Notes under the pieces: generated by a model
Database searches by the model: none
What the model was told of the DNA's origin: nothing
Seen by the model: only the letters and a program-made list of their open reading frames with translations
DNA from: Solirubrobacterales bacterium
GTDB lineage: Bacteria; Actinomycetota; Thermoleophilia; Solirubrobacterales; JBBDJG01
DNA: 64,000 bases
Reading direction: 5' to 3'
Assembly: GCA_038326655.1 (NCBI GenBank)
Contig: JBBQKG010000008.1
Coordinates: 23,679-87,678 of the forward strand
Position numbers and translations under genes: made by a program
Part shown: positions 10,179-18,901 of the stretch, one piece after another
Layout: each line of letters starts with the position of its first letter
Position numbering within the stretch: position 1 is the stretch's first letter

Positions 10179-10940
10179 ATGACCGATTCCGATCCCGTCC
10201 GCTACGAGCGCCCCGGCAGGGCGGCGCTCGTCACGATCGAGCGCCCCGAGCGCCGCAACGCCGTCGACGGGGCGACCGCGAAGCTGCTTCACGAGTGCTT
10301 CGACCGCTTCGAGGCCGATCACGATGCACGCGTGCTGGTGCTCACGGGTGCCGGAGACGCGGCGTTCTGCGCGGGCGCGGACCTGAAGTCGATCGGAACG
10401 CTCGAGCCCGCACGCGGCGGCGGTCCGCTCGGCTTCACCAGGCTCACGCCCTCCAAGCCGACGATCGCGGCCGTGTCGGGATGGTGCCTTGCGGGCGGCT
10501 TCGAGCTTGCGCTCTGGTGCGACCTGCGCATCGCGACCGAGGACGCGACGTTCGGCTTTTTCGAGCGCCGCTGGGGAGTGCCACTGATCGACGGCGGGAC
10601 CCAGCGCCTGCCGCGGGTGGTCGGGATGGGCAGGGCGCTCGAGCTGATTCTCAGCGGCCGGCCCGTCGACGCCCGGGAGGCGCACCGCATCGGGCTCGTG
10701 AACGAGCTCGTGCCGCAGGGGCGCCACGTCGAGCGTGCGCTCGAGCTCGCCGAGCGACTTGCCGGCTTTCCGCAGGAGACGATGCTCGCCGATCGCCGCG
10801 CGGCGATCGAGGGCGCCGGGCTGCCGCTCGCGGAGGGCCTCGAGCTCGAGCAACGGCTGGGCGTCCCGATGAGCACGATCGGAGCGCACGGGGCGGCCCG
10901 CTTCGCCGCCGGCGAGGGGCGGCACGGCAGCGGCGTATGA
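10179..10940 (+). CDS. Enoyl-CoA hydratase/isomerase (crotonase) family protein
   Basis: Start is ATG 10179 (MTDSDPVRYE). RPERRNAVD, VLTGAGDAAFCAGADLK and AAVSGWCLAGGFELALWCDLRIA are crotonase-fold blocks. Confidence 0.85.
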   Translation: MTDSDPVRYERPGRAALVTIERPERRNAVDGATAKLLHECFDRFEADHDARVLVLTGAGDAAFCAGADLKSIGTLEPARGGGPLGFTRLTPSKPTIAAVSGWCLAGGFELALWCDLRIATEDATFGFFERRWGVPLIDGGTQRLPRVVGMGRALELILSGRPVDAREAHRIGLVNELVPQGRHVERALELAERLAGFPQETMLADRRAAIEGAGLPLAEGLELEQRLGVPMSTIGAHGAARFAAGEGRHGSGV

Positions 10941-11009
10941 AACGGCCGGCTACCGGCGTTTACCGCTGAGCAAAGGCACCCGAGCGCCGATCTAGAAGTC
11001 CACTGAGGC

Positions 11010-11897
11010 ATGTTCGTCTTCGCTGCGCCGATCACCTACTTCCAGGCCATCGTCCTGGGCCTCCTCCAGGGCTTTGCCGAGCTGTTCCCGATCTCGAGCC
11101 TCGGCCACTCGGTGATCCTCCCCGGCCTGTTCGGCTGGAACATCCACCAGAACGACAAGTACTTCCTCGCCTTCCTGGTCGCCACGCACCTCGCCACCGC
11201 GCTCGTGCTGCTCGGGTTCTTCTGGCACGACTGGGTCCGGATCGTGCGCGGGATCTTCCGCTCGCTCCAGCGCCGGGAGATCGGCCCGGACGACACCGAC
11301 GCGCGGCTCGGCTGGCTGCTGGTGGTCGGCACGATTCCCGCCGGAATCATCGGGTTGCTGCTCGAGCATCCGCTGCGCCATCTCTTCGCCTCCGCGACCT
11401 CGGCGTCTTTCTTCCTGATGGTGAACGGCGCGCTGCTCTACGGAGCCGAGCTGCTGCGCCGGCGTGCGCCTGGTCCCGACACCTCGACTCCGGACCCCGA
11501 CGAGCGCATCGCGCGCCGGCTCAGCTGGCGCGAGGGCCTCGGCGTGGGCGTGTCCCAGGCGCTCGCGCTCGTGCCGGGGATCTCGCGCTCGGGTGCGACG
11601 ATGGGCGGGGGCCTGCTGGCGGGCCTCTCGAACGAGGACGCGGCCCGCTACGCCTTCCTGCTGGCGACCCCGATCATCGGCGCGGCCGCCGTGCTTAAGC
11701 TCCCGGACCTCTTCGGCCCCGAAGGCGACGGCGTGCGGGGCCAGGCGCTCGTCGCGGCGCTGTGCGCGGCCGGCACGGCCTATCTCTCGGTGCGGTTCCT
11801 GATGCGCTACTTCCAAACGAACCGGCTGACGCCGTTCGCGGTGTACTGCGCGATTGCCGGCGCCGCCTGCCTGACGTACTTCCTGGCCACCCAGTAG
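11010..11897 (+). CDS. uppP: Undecaprenyl-diphosphate phosphatase
   Basis: 295 aa, polytopic. QGFAELFPISSLGHSVI and VSQALALVPGISRSGATM are UppP/BacA signatures. Confidence 0.9.
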   Translation: MFVFAAPITYFQAIVLGLLQGFAELFPISSLGHSVILPGLFGWNIHQNDKYFLAFLVATHLATALVLLGFFWHDWVRIVRGIFRSLQRREIGPDDTDARLGWLLVVGTIPAGIIGLLLEHPLRHLFASATSASFFLMVNGALLYGAELLRRRAPGPDTSTPDPDERIARRLSWREGLGVGVSQALALVPGISRSGATMGGGLLAGLSNEDAARYAFLLATPIIGAAAVLKLPDLFGPEGDGVRGQALVAALCAAGTAYLSVRFLMRYFQTNRLTPFAVYCAIAGAACLTYFLATQ

Positions 11898-11950
11898 AGG
11901 CTAAGAGAGTTCTAACGCGAATCGTCCCCCGGCGCTGAAACACTCGTGAC

Positions 11951-12196
11951 ATGACCAAACGACGCAACCTGATCCTCCCCGCGATCGGCCTTGGGCTCGT
12001 GTTCATCGCAATCGCGATCGTCTACGTGGCCGAGCCCGCGGGCTCCCTTCCGGCCTTCTTCCCGGGCCACTCCGCAGGCTCCGGGCACCACCACGTGAAG
12101 CACGGCATCGCCGCCTTCGTCGTGGGGCTTGGCTGCCTCGTGTTCGCCTGGTTCCAGACGGGCCCGGCCGCCGGCCGTACCGAGCACCCGGCCTAG
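11951..12196 (+). CDS. Small membrane protein (2 TM), unknown function
   Basis: 81 aa. Two hydrophobic helices (LILPAIGLGLVFIAIAIVYV; IAAFVVGLGCLVFAWF) flank a His-rich loop (GHSAGSGHHHVKHG). Confidence 0.5.
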   Translation: MTKRRNLILPAIGLGLVFIAIAIVYVAEPAGSLPAFFPGHSAGSGHHHVKHGIAAFVVGLGCLVFAWFQTGPAAGRTEHPA

Positions 12197-12198
12197 GC

Positions 12199-12846
12199 TC
12201 AATCCCGCAGGAACTGGCGCGGGATCCGGCCCGCGATCTCGAACGGCTCGCGTGCGAGCGGTCCGGTCTCCCACTCCGTGCGCAGCATCGAGTAGCTGAT
12301 CACGTCCTTCGGCTCGCCGCCGTGGACGTGCCACTGGCGCAGGACGCCCTCGTGCACGAAGCCGAGGCGCTCCAACGCCGTCTGGGAGCGGCCGTTGTCG
12401 GTCCCGCACCAGGCCGTCACCCGCCCGAGGCGGAGTCCGGCGAAGGCAAGCGCGAGCACGAGCGTCTTCGACTGCCGGTTGACGCCCGTCCCCCACCACT
12501 CCTGCCCGTGCCAGGTGCCGACGACCGCGCGGCGGTCGCGCACCGCGAACTCCGAGAGCCCGGTCACGCCGATCACGCCGGCATCCCGGTGGTCGATCAT
12601 CAACTCGAGCCGCTCGCCCTCGGCCCGCTTGCGTGCGAGGCTGGTGATGTAGTCGGATGCCTGCCGCTCGCTCGTGTACGGGCCCCAGGAGAAGAAACGC
12701 GTCACGGCGGGGTCCGAGGCGAGCTCGAAGAGTCGCGGGGCGTCCCCCGGCCGCGCGTAGCGCAGGGAGAGGTCCGGGCCGCGCACCTCGAGCTCGTCGT
12801 CGCCCCCTGGGTCGACGGGCGCGGGGGCCCTCGTCTCGGCCGTCAT
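12199..12846 (-). CDS. GNAT family N-acetyltransferase (RimJ/RimL-like)
   Basis: 215 aa. LRYARPGDAPRLFEL, GVIGVTGL, WWGTGVNRQSKTLVLALAF and ALERLGFVHEGVLR are consistent with Acetyltransf_3/GNAT. Confidence 0.85.
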   Translation of the reverse strand: MTAETRAPAPVDPGGDDELEVRGPDLSLRYARPGDAPRLFELASDPAVTRFFSWGPYTSERQASDYITSLARKRAEGERLELMIDHRDAGVIGVTGLSEFAVRDRRAVVGTWHGQEWWGTGVNRQSKTLVLALAFAGLRLGRVTAWCGTDNGRSQTALERLGFVHEGVLRQWHVHGGEPKDVISYSMLRTEWETGPLAREPFEIAGRIPRQFLRD

Positions 12847-12925
12847 GGGCTAGATGCTTTCATACCGCCTGCCGGACACACCGCTCGCGAAACTGGAGAC
12901 AACGGGAAGACAAACTGGAGGCAGC

Positions 12926-13261
12926 GTGGAGACTTGGGATACGAGATCGCTGGACGTCGAACCGCACCAGCCACAGGTGCTGCACTCGGATGACGAGGGG
13001 AGGACGATCGTCATCAACCTTCCGGCCGGCGAGGAGCTCCGGGAGCACCAGGTGCACGAGCGTGCCTGGATCGTGGTCGTGGACGGACGCGTCGAGATCG
13101 CCGACGCCGGCGGAGCGGCGTTCGAGGCGGGCCCCGGCGGGCTCGCGCTGACGGCGCCCAACGAGCGCCACGAGGTACGTGCCCGCGAGGACTCTCGGCT
13201 TGTGCTGATCCTCGCGCCGTGGCCAGGCTCCGGTCACCCGAGCGAGCAGCAGCGCCGCTGA
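12926..13261 (+). CDS. Cupin domain protein
   Basis: Likely GTG 12926, preceded by GGAGG; the ORF-track start is 12854. INLPAGEELREHQVHERAWIVVVDGRVEI ... PNERHEVRA is a cupin_2-like motif pair. Confidence 0.7.
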   Translation: METWDTRSLDVEPHQPQVLHSDDEGRTIVINLPAGEELREHQVHERAWIVVVDGRVEIADAGGAAFEAGPGGLALTAPNERHEVRAREDSRLVLILAPWPGSGHPSEQQRR

Positions 13262-13950
13262 AGATCCGAGCCGTGCTCTACGACATCCACGGGAACCTGC
13301 CGGCGCTCGACGCCGTGCTCGCCGACGCCCGCACGGCTGGCGCGGAGCAGTTCGTGCTCGGCGGCGACTACGCCCTCTTCGGCGCCTACCCGGCCGAGAC
13401 GGCCGCGCGCCTTGCCGAGCTCGACGCCGTGTGGATCAGGGGGAACACCGACCGCTGGCTCGAGGACGCCCCCGACGCTCCCTCGAACGTACTCGTGCGC
13501 CGCTCGCTGGAGCATTGCCGCCAGGCACTCGACGCCGAGGACGTGCACCGGCTTGCGACGCTGGCGCCGACCGCGGCGCTCGACGGAGCGCTCGTCTGCC
13601 ATGCGTCTCCCCGCTCGGACATGCAGACGTTCATGCCGAACCCGAGCGAGGCGGACTCCAGCCTGCTCGACGAGCACGATCCCGACGTCATCCTCTTCGG
13701 CCACGGCCACCTCCAGTTCCGGCGCCGCGCCGGCCGGCACACGCTCGTGAACCCGGGCAGCGTGGGGCTTCCCTTCGACGGCGACCAGCGTGCCGCCTAC
13801 GCGCTGTGGCCGGAGGGCGCCCCTTGCGAGCTGCGCCGGGTCGCCTACGACTCCGATGCCTACGCCGACGCGGTGCTCGACCGGATGAGCGCAACCCTCG
13901 GGGACGCGGTCGAGACGCTCGTGCACCGCGTCCGCCAGGCGGCTTCATAG
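13219..13950 (+). CDS. Metallophosphoesterase (YfcE/MJ0936-like)
   Basis: Motifs DIHGN, GGDY, GNTD, CHASP and GHGH occur in the canonical order. The start is uncertain; ATG 13219 overlaps the cupin gene end. Confidence 0.8.
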   Translation: MARLRSPERAAAPLKIRAVLYDIHGNLPALDAVLADARTAGAEQFVLGGDYALFGAYPAETAARLAELDAVWIRGNTDRWLEDAPDAPSNVLVRRSLEHCRQALDAEDVHRLATLAPTAALDGALVCHASPRSDMQTFMPNPSEADSSLLDEHDPDVILFGHGHLQFRRRAGRHTLVNPGSVGLPFDGDQRAAYALWPEGAPCELRRVAYDSDAYADAVLDRMSATLGDAVETLVHRVRQAAS

Positions 13951-13967
13951 GCACCCTCGCAGCGCTC

Positions 13968-14864
13968 CTGCTGCTTGCCGCGGGCATCGTGCTCGTGGTC
14001 GGAGGAGCCGAGCTCTTCTTCGATGCGGTGGTCGCGGCCGCTGCGCGGCTGCGCATGCCGGCGTTCGTCGTCACCGTGCTGGTGTCCGGGTTCGAGCTGG
14101 AGAATCTCGTCGCCGGCATCGCCGCGAACCTCAAGGGGCTTCCGGGCGCCGCCGCCGGGACGTTCCTCGGTGGCACGACGTTCCTGGCGCTGGCGGTCGC
14201 AGGCCTCAGCGGCATCGTCGCGCCGATCTCCGCGCGCCTGCCGGGGGCGGCGCTCGCCTGGACCGCGGCCTCTCCCCTGCTCCTGCTGGTCCTGTCCCTC
14301 GACCACGAGCTGTCGAGGCTCGACGGCGCGCTGCTCGTGGTGTGGTTCGTGATCGCGATCGCCGGCGTCGCGCACGCCGGCCGGTCGCTTCCGAAGCCGG
14401 CGGCTCGCAGCGGACCGCGGTGGCCGGTGTCCAGGCTGCTTGCCGGTCTCGCGGTGCTGGCGGTCGGTGGAGCGTTGCTGGGCGAGGGAATCCGGCGCGT
14501 GGTCTCGCGGGCCGGCATCTCGGAGACTCTGCTCGGCAACACCGCGATCGCGGCCAGCGTGGAGGCGGAGGAGATCGGGCGCGTGGCCATCCCGAGCAGG
14601 CGCGGGCGCGGCGACGTCGCGCTCGGCAACGTGCTCGGCACGATCGTCCACTTCGTGGCGCTGAACAGCGGCGTGATCGCGCTCGTCAAGCCGCTCCGGC
14701 TCGACTCCGACACCGTGCGTCTCCATCTGCCGGTCGCGGCCGGGTCCGCCCTCTTGGTCTGCGCCCTGCTCGCGCTCCGGGGAGGCATCAGCCGCCGCGC
14801 CGGCTTGCTGCTGGCCTTCCTCTACGTCGCCTACGTGGGCGCCTCGATCGCGGCAGCGACTTGA
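13968..14864 (+). CDS. Ca2+/Na+ antiporter family (CaCA/YrbG-like) membrane protein; start codon unresolved
   Basis: Only the last ~300 codons of ORF 13431..14864 look real. Alpha-repeat-like blocks are GFELENLVAGI and ASVEAEEIG, with about 9-10 hydrophobic segments. No ATG/GTG/TTG lies between the MPE stop (13950) and the first TM; the candidates are CTG 13968/13971 or ATA 13947. Confidence 0.7.
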   Translation: MLLAAGIVLVVGGAELFFDAVVAAAARLRMPAFVVTVLVSGFELENLVAGIAANLKGLPGAAAGTFLGGTTFLALAVAGLSGIVAPISARLPGAALAWTAASPLLLLVLSLDHELSRLDGALLVVWFVIAIAGVAHAGRSLPKPAARSGPRWPVSRLLAGLAVLAVGGALLGEGIRRVVSRAGISETLLGNTAIAASVEAEEIGRVAIPSRRGRGDVALGNVLGTIVHFVALNSGVIALVKPLRLDSDTVRLHLPVAAGSALLVCALLALRGGISRRAGLLLAFLYVAYVGASIAAAT

Positions 14865-14865
14865 G

Positions 14866-15276
14866 CTATGCCAGGTAGTCCGCCATGTCGGCGGTCCAGA
14901 GCTCGACGAGGTGCCCGTCGGGGTCTGTGGCATAGACGGAGCGGCTCGCGCGCGTACCGCGGCCGACCGGGCCGAACTCGTGCACCGGCGCCTCGTAGCC
15001 GGCTTCGCGAAGCGCCTTGACGCGGGCATCGAACCCTGGCTCGTCGACCCGCATCGCGAAGTGGACGTGCTCCCCCCCGCGGCTGCCCTCGAGCCCGACC
15101 TGCGGTCTCCACAGGCCGAGGCGGGTGCTGCCGGCCAGCACCCAGACAGCGTCCCGATGGGGCCAGCGCTCGACCACCGGCAGCCCCAGCACGTCCGCGT
15201 AAAAGCGTTCCGCGCGCTCGAGGTCGGAAACCTCCAGCACCAGCTCGGAAACGCCTGCGACCGGTGGAGTGCCCAC
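14866..15276 (-). CDS. VOC (glyoxalase/bleomycin-resistance/dioxygenase) family protein
   Basis: 136 aa. SELVLEVSDLERAERFYADVLGL ... HVHFAMRV ... VYATDPDGHLVEL is the typical VOC pattern. Confidence 0.85.
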   Translation of the reverse strand: MGTPPVAGVSELVLEVSDLERAERFYADVLGLPVVERWPHRDAVWVLAGSTRLGLWRPQVGLEGSRGGEHVHFAMRVDEPGFDARVKALREAGYEAPVHEFGPVGRGTRASRSVYATDPDGHLVELWTADMADYLA

Positions 15277-15330
15277 CGGCCGCAGTCTAAATCGAGCGTC
15301 TAAATGCGGCAGTCGCGCCGGTCCGATTGC

Positions 15331-15498
15331 TCAGTAGCGCGAACTGAACCTGTTGCCGAAGCCGTAGCCTCCGCTCGGGATCCCGGCCAAGAGCACGAGG
15401 ATCGCGGCGACGATCGCAACGATCGACGGCAGGCCGAGCGCCAAACACAGGATGTACACGAGGGCCGCCAGCAAAACGGCGATGATGATCCCGATCAC
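15331..15498 (-). CDS. Small hydrophobic membrane peptide
   Basis: 55 aa from GTG 15498, which is preceded by GGAAGGAG (strong SD). VIGIIIAVLLAALVYILCLALGLPSIVAIVAAILVLLAGIPSGGYGFGNRFSSRY. The longer ORF-track start lacks an SD. Confidence 0.45.
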   Translation of the reverse strand: MIGIIIAVLLAALVYILCLALGLPSIVAIVAAILVLLAGIPSGGYGFGNRFSSRY

Positions 15499-15617
15499 TG
15501 AAGCTCCTTCCCTTTCAAATGCTGCCCATTTTTTCCCAAAGCGCGAGAACCGCGCATAGCGCTCGTACCCGCAGGCAGGCTGGTTCAAGCGGAAACTTCT
15601 GCCTTACACTGCCGCCG

Positions 15618-16211
15618 ATGCCCTCGCGTGACGAAGCCTGGGAGCTGGTGTGCGAGTGGACGCAGTCCGACTCGCTCCGCAAGCACATGCTCGCCGTCGA
15701 GGCCGCGGTGCGGGCATACGCGCGCCGGCTCGGCGGCGACGAAGAGCTGTGGGGCATCGGCGGCCTCGTGCACGACGTCGACTACGAACGCTATCCGGAC
15801 CTCGACACGGGTCATCCAAGACACGGGGTCGAGGAGCTTCGCAATCGCGGCTACCCGGACGAGGTGATCCACGCCGTGCTGGCGCATGCCGACTTCATGG
15901 GCGTGCCGCGGGAGACGCTGCTCGACAAGGCGCTCTTCGCGTGTGACGAGCTGTCGGGCTTCATCGCGGCCTGCGCATACGTGCGCCCGGAGGGGATCGA
16001 GGGCATGAAGCCGAAGTCGGTGAAGAAGAAGCTGAAGCAGCCGAGCTTCGCCGCGGGCGTCAACCGCGACGACGTCCACCAGGGAGCCGAGGAGCTCGGC
16101 GCCGAGACGGGGCTCGACTTCGACCAGCACCTGCAGTTCGTGATCGACGCGCTCGCCGAGCACGCCGCCGAGCTCGGCCTCACCGGGCGCGAGCGGACCG
16201 CCGCCGAGTAG
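15618..16211 (+). CDS. HD domain phosphohydrolase
   Basis: Start is ATG 15618 (MPSRDEAWELV). LRKHMLAVEAAVRAYA and GLVHDVDYERYP (HD dyad), then HAVLAHADF. Confidence 0.8.
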   Translation: MPSRDEAWELVCEWTQSDSLRKHMLAVEAAVRAYARRLGGDEELWGIGGLVHDVDYERYPDLDTGHPRHGVEELRNRGYPDEVIHAVLAHADFMGVPRETLLDKALFACDELSGFIAACAYVRPEGIEGMKPKSVKKKLKQPSFAAGVNRDDVHQGAEELGAETGLDFDQHLQFVIDALAEHAAELGLTGRERTAAE

Positions 16212-16248
16212 CGGCGGGTCCGACATCCCTGTCTGCGAACATACGTTC

Positions 16249-17280
16249 GTGCGCTGGCAGAACCTCTCCGTAGACGCCGATCAAGGGCAACGCCCGCTCC
16301 CCAACCTCCAGGATGCCGTGGTGCGGACATTCGACGCGCCGGAGGCGATCGGAATCCGGTTCCACGAGGTGAAGGCACGCTCCGCGCTGAACAAGGTGCA
16401 CCCCGCGGCACGCATGCCGTTCACGTGGACTGTCAATCCATACAGAGGGTGCTCACACGCGTGCAACTATTGCTTCGCCCGCCGCACGCACACCTATCTC
16501 GACCTCAACGCCGGCCGCGATTTCGAGCGCGAGATCATCGTGAAGGTCAACGTGCCGGAGAAGCTGCGCGCCGAGCTGGCCCGGCCGAGCTGGAAGCGAG
16601 ATGGGGTCGCGCTCGGGACCAACACCGACCCCTACCAGTGGGTGGAAAGCCGTTACAAGCTCCTGCCCGGGATCTGGGAGGCGCTGCGGGACCACGACAC
16701 CCCCGGGTCGCTCGTGACCAAGTCACCGCTCGCGCTGCGCGACCTCTCGCTGCTCCAGGACCTCGCCGCCGGTCCGGGCTTCCAGGCCTTCATGTCGGTG
16801 CCGACGCTCGACGAGCGCGCGTGGCGTGAGACCGAGCCGCACACACCTTCGCCGCGCGGCCGGATCGAGGCGGTGCGGAAGCTGAACGAGGCCGGCGTGC
16901 CGGCCGGCGTCTTGATCGCGCCGCTGATGCCGGGCGTGAACGACTCCCCGGAGGAGGTCGCGGAGATCGTCCGGCTCGCCGACGAGGCGGGCGCCACCAG
17001 CATCGGCGCGGTTGCGCTGCACCTCCGCGGCGAGGTCAAGGACGTGTTCTTCGAATGGCTGAGCGAACGGCGGCCCGAGCTGCTCGAGCGCTACAAGGAG
17101 CTCTATGCGAAGGGCGCATACCTGCCAGGCGACGAGCGCAAGCGCCTGCAGGCGCTGACCCGCGTCCCGCGCCGGCGGCGGCGCTCGCCACCGCGTCCGC
17201 CGGCACGGGGTCCGAGCGCAAAGCGCGAGGCGTCACCGCCGGAGCCGGAGCCGCAGCCCAAGCAGCGAAGCCTCTTTTAG
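16249..17280 (+). CDS. Radical SAM protein (SplB/COG1533-like, Rv2578c-type)
   Basis: GTG start. CSHACNYC is a CX3CX2C cluster motif in the context NPYRGCSHACNYCFAR. The C-terminal ~50 aa are Arg/Pro-rich and low-complexity. Confidence 0.85.
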   Translation: MRWQNLSVDADQGQRPLPNLQDAVVRTFDAPEAIGIRFHEVKARSALNKVHPAARMPFTWTVNPYRGCSHACNYCFARRTHTYLDLNAGRDFEREIIVKVNVPEKLRAELARPSWKRDGVALGTNTDPYQWVESRYKLLPGIWEALRDHDTPGSLVTKSPLALRDLSLLQDLAAGPGFQAFMSVPTLDERAWRETEPHTPSPRGRIEAVRKLNEAGVPAGVLIAPLMPGVNDSPEEVAEIVRLADEAGATSIGAVALHLRGEVKDVFFEWLSERRPELLERYKELYAKGAYLPGDERKRLQALTRVPRRRRRSPPRPPARGPSAKREASPPEPEPQPKQRSLF

Positions 17281-17281
17281 G

Positions 17282-18205
17282 TCAGGCCGGCTGCAGCATG
17301 CTCGCGCCGAGCAGCCGCTCGGCGTTGCCCTTGAGCCAGAGCTCGAGCACGTCCTCCGGCAGCGGCAGCTGCAAAAACTCGTCGAGCACCTGCCCCGGCG
17401 GCCGGCCGAGCAGGAACCACCCGGTGCCGAACAGCACCTTGTCCTTGATCGTGGTCGCGCCGAACCGCAGCAGCGGCTCCCAGCCCGTGCCGGGGGTCGC
17501 GATGTACCGCGGCCGGTGGGCGGCGAGCTCGAGATAGACGTTCGGGTACTTCCACGCCAGCAGCACCGCCTCGAGCACCCATGGATAGCCGGCATGGCTC
17601 ATCACGATGTCGAGCTCCGGGAAGTCCGCTGCGACCACGTCGATGTGACGGGGGTGACCGAGATCGCTGACCGCCACGGTGGTCCAGTTGGCCGACGTAT
17701 GGATGCTGAGCGGGATGCCCAGCTCCACGCACTTGGCGTAGAGCGGGTAGTAGCGGCGGTCGTCGGCCGGCAGGCCGATCATGAACGGGCGCAGGCTGAG
17801 GCCCTTGAAGCCGCGCGCATGAACCAGGTGCTCCAGCTCGCGCACGCCGTCCATGCCCGTCAGCGGGTCGATGCCGGCGAAGGGGATGAACCGGGTGGGG
17901 TGACGCTCGGCCAGCCCGGCGACCAGCTCGTTCGGGATGAAGGTCTCGTGCACGCTCGACCACTCGTCGAATCCGGTGATCAGCGTGCGGCCGATGCCGG
18001 CCTGGTCGAGCAGCGAGATCACCCGCTCCTCGCTCATGTCGAGCGCGCGCGCGGCTGTCCGGAATTCCTCCTTGCGCGCCTCGCGCTTGTAGAAGACGCG
18101 AAGGTAGCCGGCCATCTCGGCCGGGAAGTGCTCGGCGACGTGTTCCATCACCTCCGGCACGGGCACGATCGGGGCCCACATGTCGATCGCTCGGTCGCCG
18201 TTCAT
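17282..18205 (-). CDS. Amidohydrolase family protein (ACMSD/amidohydrolase_2-like)
   Basis: Start is ATG 18205, preceded by GAAGGAGGA. IDMWAPIV, IPLSIHTS, IVMSHAGYPW and KVLFGTGW are amidohydrolase-2 type blocks. Confidence 0.85.
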   Translation of the reverse strand: MNGDRAIDMWAPIVPVPEVMEHVAEHFPAEMAGYLRVFYKREARKEEFRTAARALDMSEERVISLLDQAGIGRTLITGFDEWSSVHETFIPNELVAGLAERHPTRFIPFAGIDPLTGMDGVRELEHLVHARGFKGLSLRPFMIGLPADDRRYYPLYAKCVELGIPLSIHTSANWTTVAVSDLGHPRHIDVVAADFPELDIVMSHAGYPWVLEAVLLAWKYPNVYLELAAHRPRYIATPGTGWEPLLRFGATTIKDKVLFGTGWFLLGRPPGQVLDEFLQLPLPEDVLELWLKGNAERLLGASMLQPA

Positions 18206-18233
18206 CGGTCCTCCTTCGTTCGTGTCGGCACGC

Positions 18234-18791
18234 TCAGGCCGCCCGGGACGGACGGCGGGCGGCGTCGAGCTCCTGCGCAAGGCGCTTCAGCCAGCGCACC
18301 TTCTCCCGCTGCTGCGCGATGCCGAGATCGAGCACCGCGATCCGGTACGGGTCGACTCCGCGCTCGACCATCCCTCGCCGGATCCGGTGGAAGTCGGCGA
18401 GCTTTCCCTCGCTCGACTCGAGATGGCCCGACAGCTTGTCCGCCACGCTCGACGGCTCGAGCTTTCCGAAGAAGAGGCACTTGACCAGGAACTGATGTCC
18501 CACCATGAAGTCGTAGCTGACTTCGTCCTCCTCCTCGACCGTGCCCTCGAGCCAGTCCGCAAACGCCCGGCGCCCCGCTTCGGTCGGGTGAAAGACACGC
18601 CGGTCCGGCGCCCCGGCACGCCGCTCGACGCGGCCATTGATGAGGCCCTCGGCCTCCATCCGCTTGAGCATCGGGTACAGAACGCCGTCGTTGACTCGGC
18701 GATCCCGGGGGAGTGCCGGAGAGAGCGCCCGTTTCAGCGCGTAGCCGTGCATCGGCTGGTCGACGAGGAACCCGAGCATTGCGTATTTCAT
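18234..18791 (-). CDS. PadR family transcriptional regulator
   Basis: 185 aa. MLGFLVDQPMHGYALKRAL ... DGVLYPMLKRMEAEGLI ... RRVFHPTEAGRRAF is the PadR winged helix, with a C-terminal helical extension. Confidence 0.9.
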   Translation of the reverse strand: MKYAMLGFLVDQPMHGYALKRALSPALPRDRRVNDGVLYPMLKRMEAEGLINGRVERRAGAPDRRVFHPTEAGRRAFADWLEGTVEEEDEVSYDFMVGHQFLVKCLFFGKLEPSSVADKLSGHLESSEGKLADFHRIRRGMVERGVDPYRIAVLDLGIAQQREKVRWLKRLAQELDAARRPSRAA

Positions 18792-18796
18792 TCCTG

Positions 18797-18827
18797 CCTA
18801 GCTTATAGGTACCTAGTGACTAGGTAC
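18797..18827 (-). promoter_or_regulatory. Candidate PadR operator/promoter: TAGGTACCTA palindrome plus flanking half-sites
   Basis: CCTAG-cttA-TAGGTACCTA-gtga-CTAGGTAC lies 6-36 nt upstream of the padR ATG (18791). On the coding strand, TATAAG sits 14 nt upstream of the ATG. Confidence 0.45.
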
Positions 18828-18850
18828 AGCGTGGAGCCATGAACGCAAAC

Positions 18851-18872
18851 GGCCCTGGCGTCTGCCAGGGCC
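18851..18872 (-). terminator. Rho-independent-type terminator hairpin
   Basis: GGCCCTGGC-gtct-GCCAGGGCC (9-bp GC stem, 4-nt loop) lies 30 nt downstream of the stop at 18902. On the minus strand it is followed by GTTTGCGTT. An outer AACGCAAA/TTTGCGTT inverted repeat flanks it. Confidence 0.55.
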
Positions 18873-18901
18873 GCATTGAGCTGATTTGCGTTGAGACTAG
18901 T

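Noticed and set aside
13431-13946. N-terminal ~170 codons of the ORF that ends as the CaCA antiporter.
   Set aside because: This stretch is Arg/Pro/Ala-rich, overlaps the metallophosphoesterase gene in another frame and has no membrane character. I treated it as non-coding read-through of an open frame.
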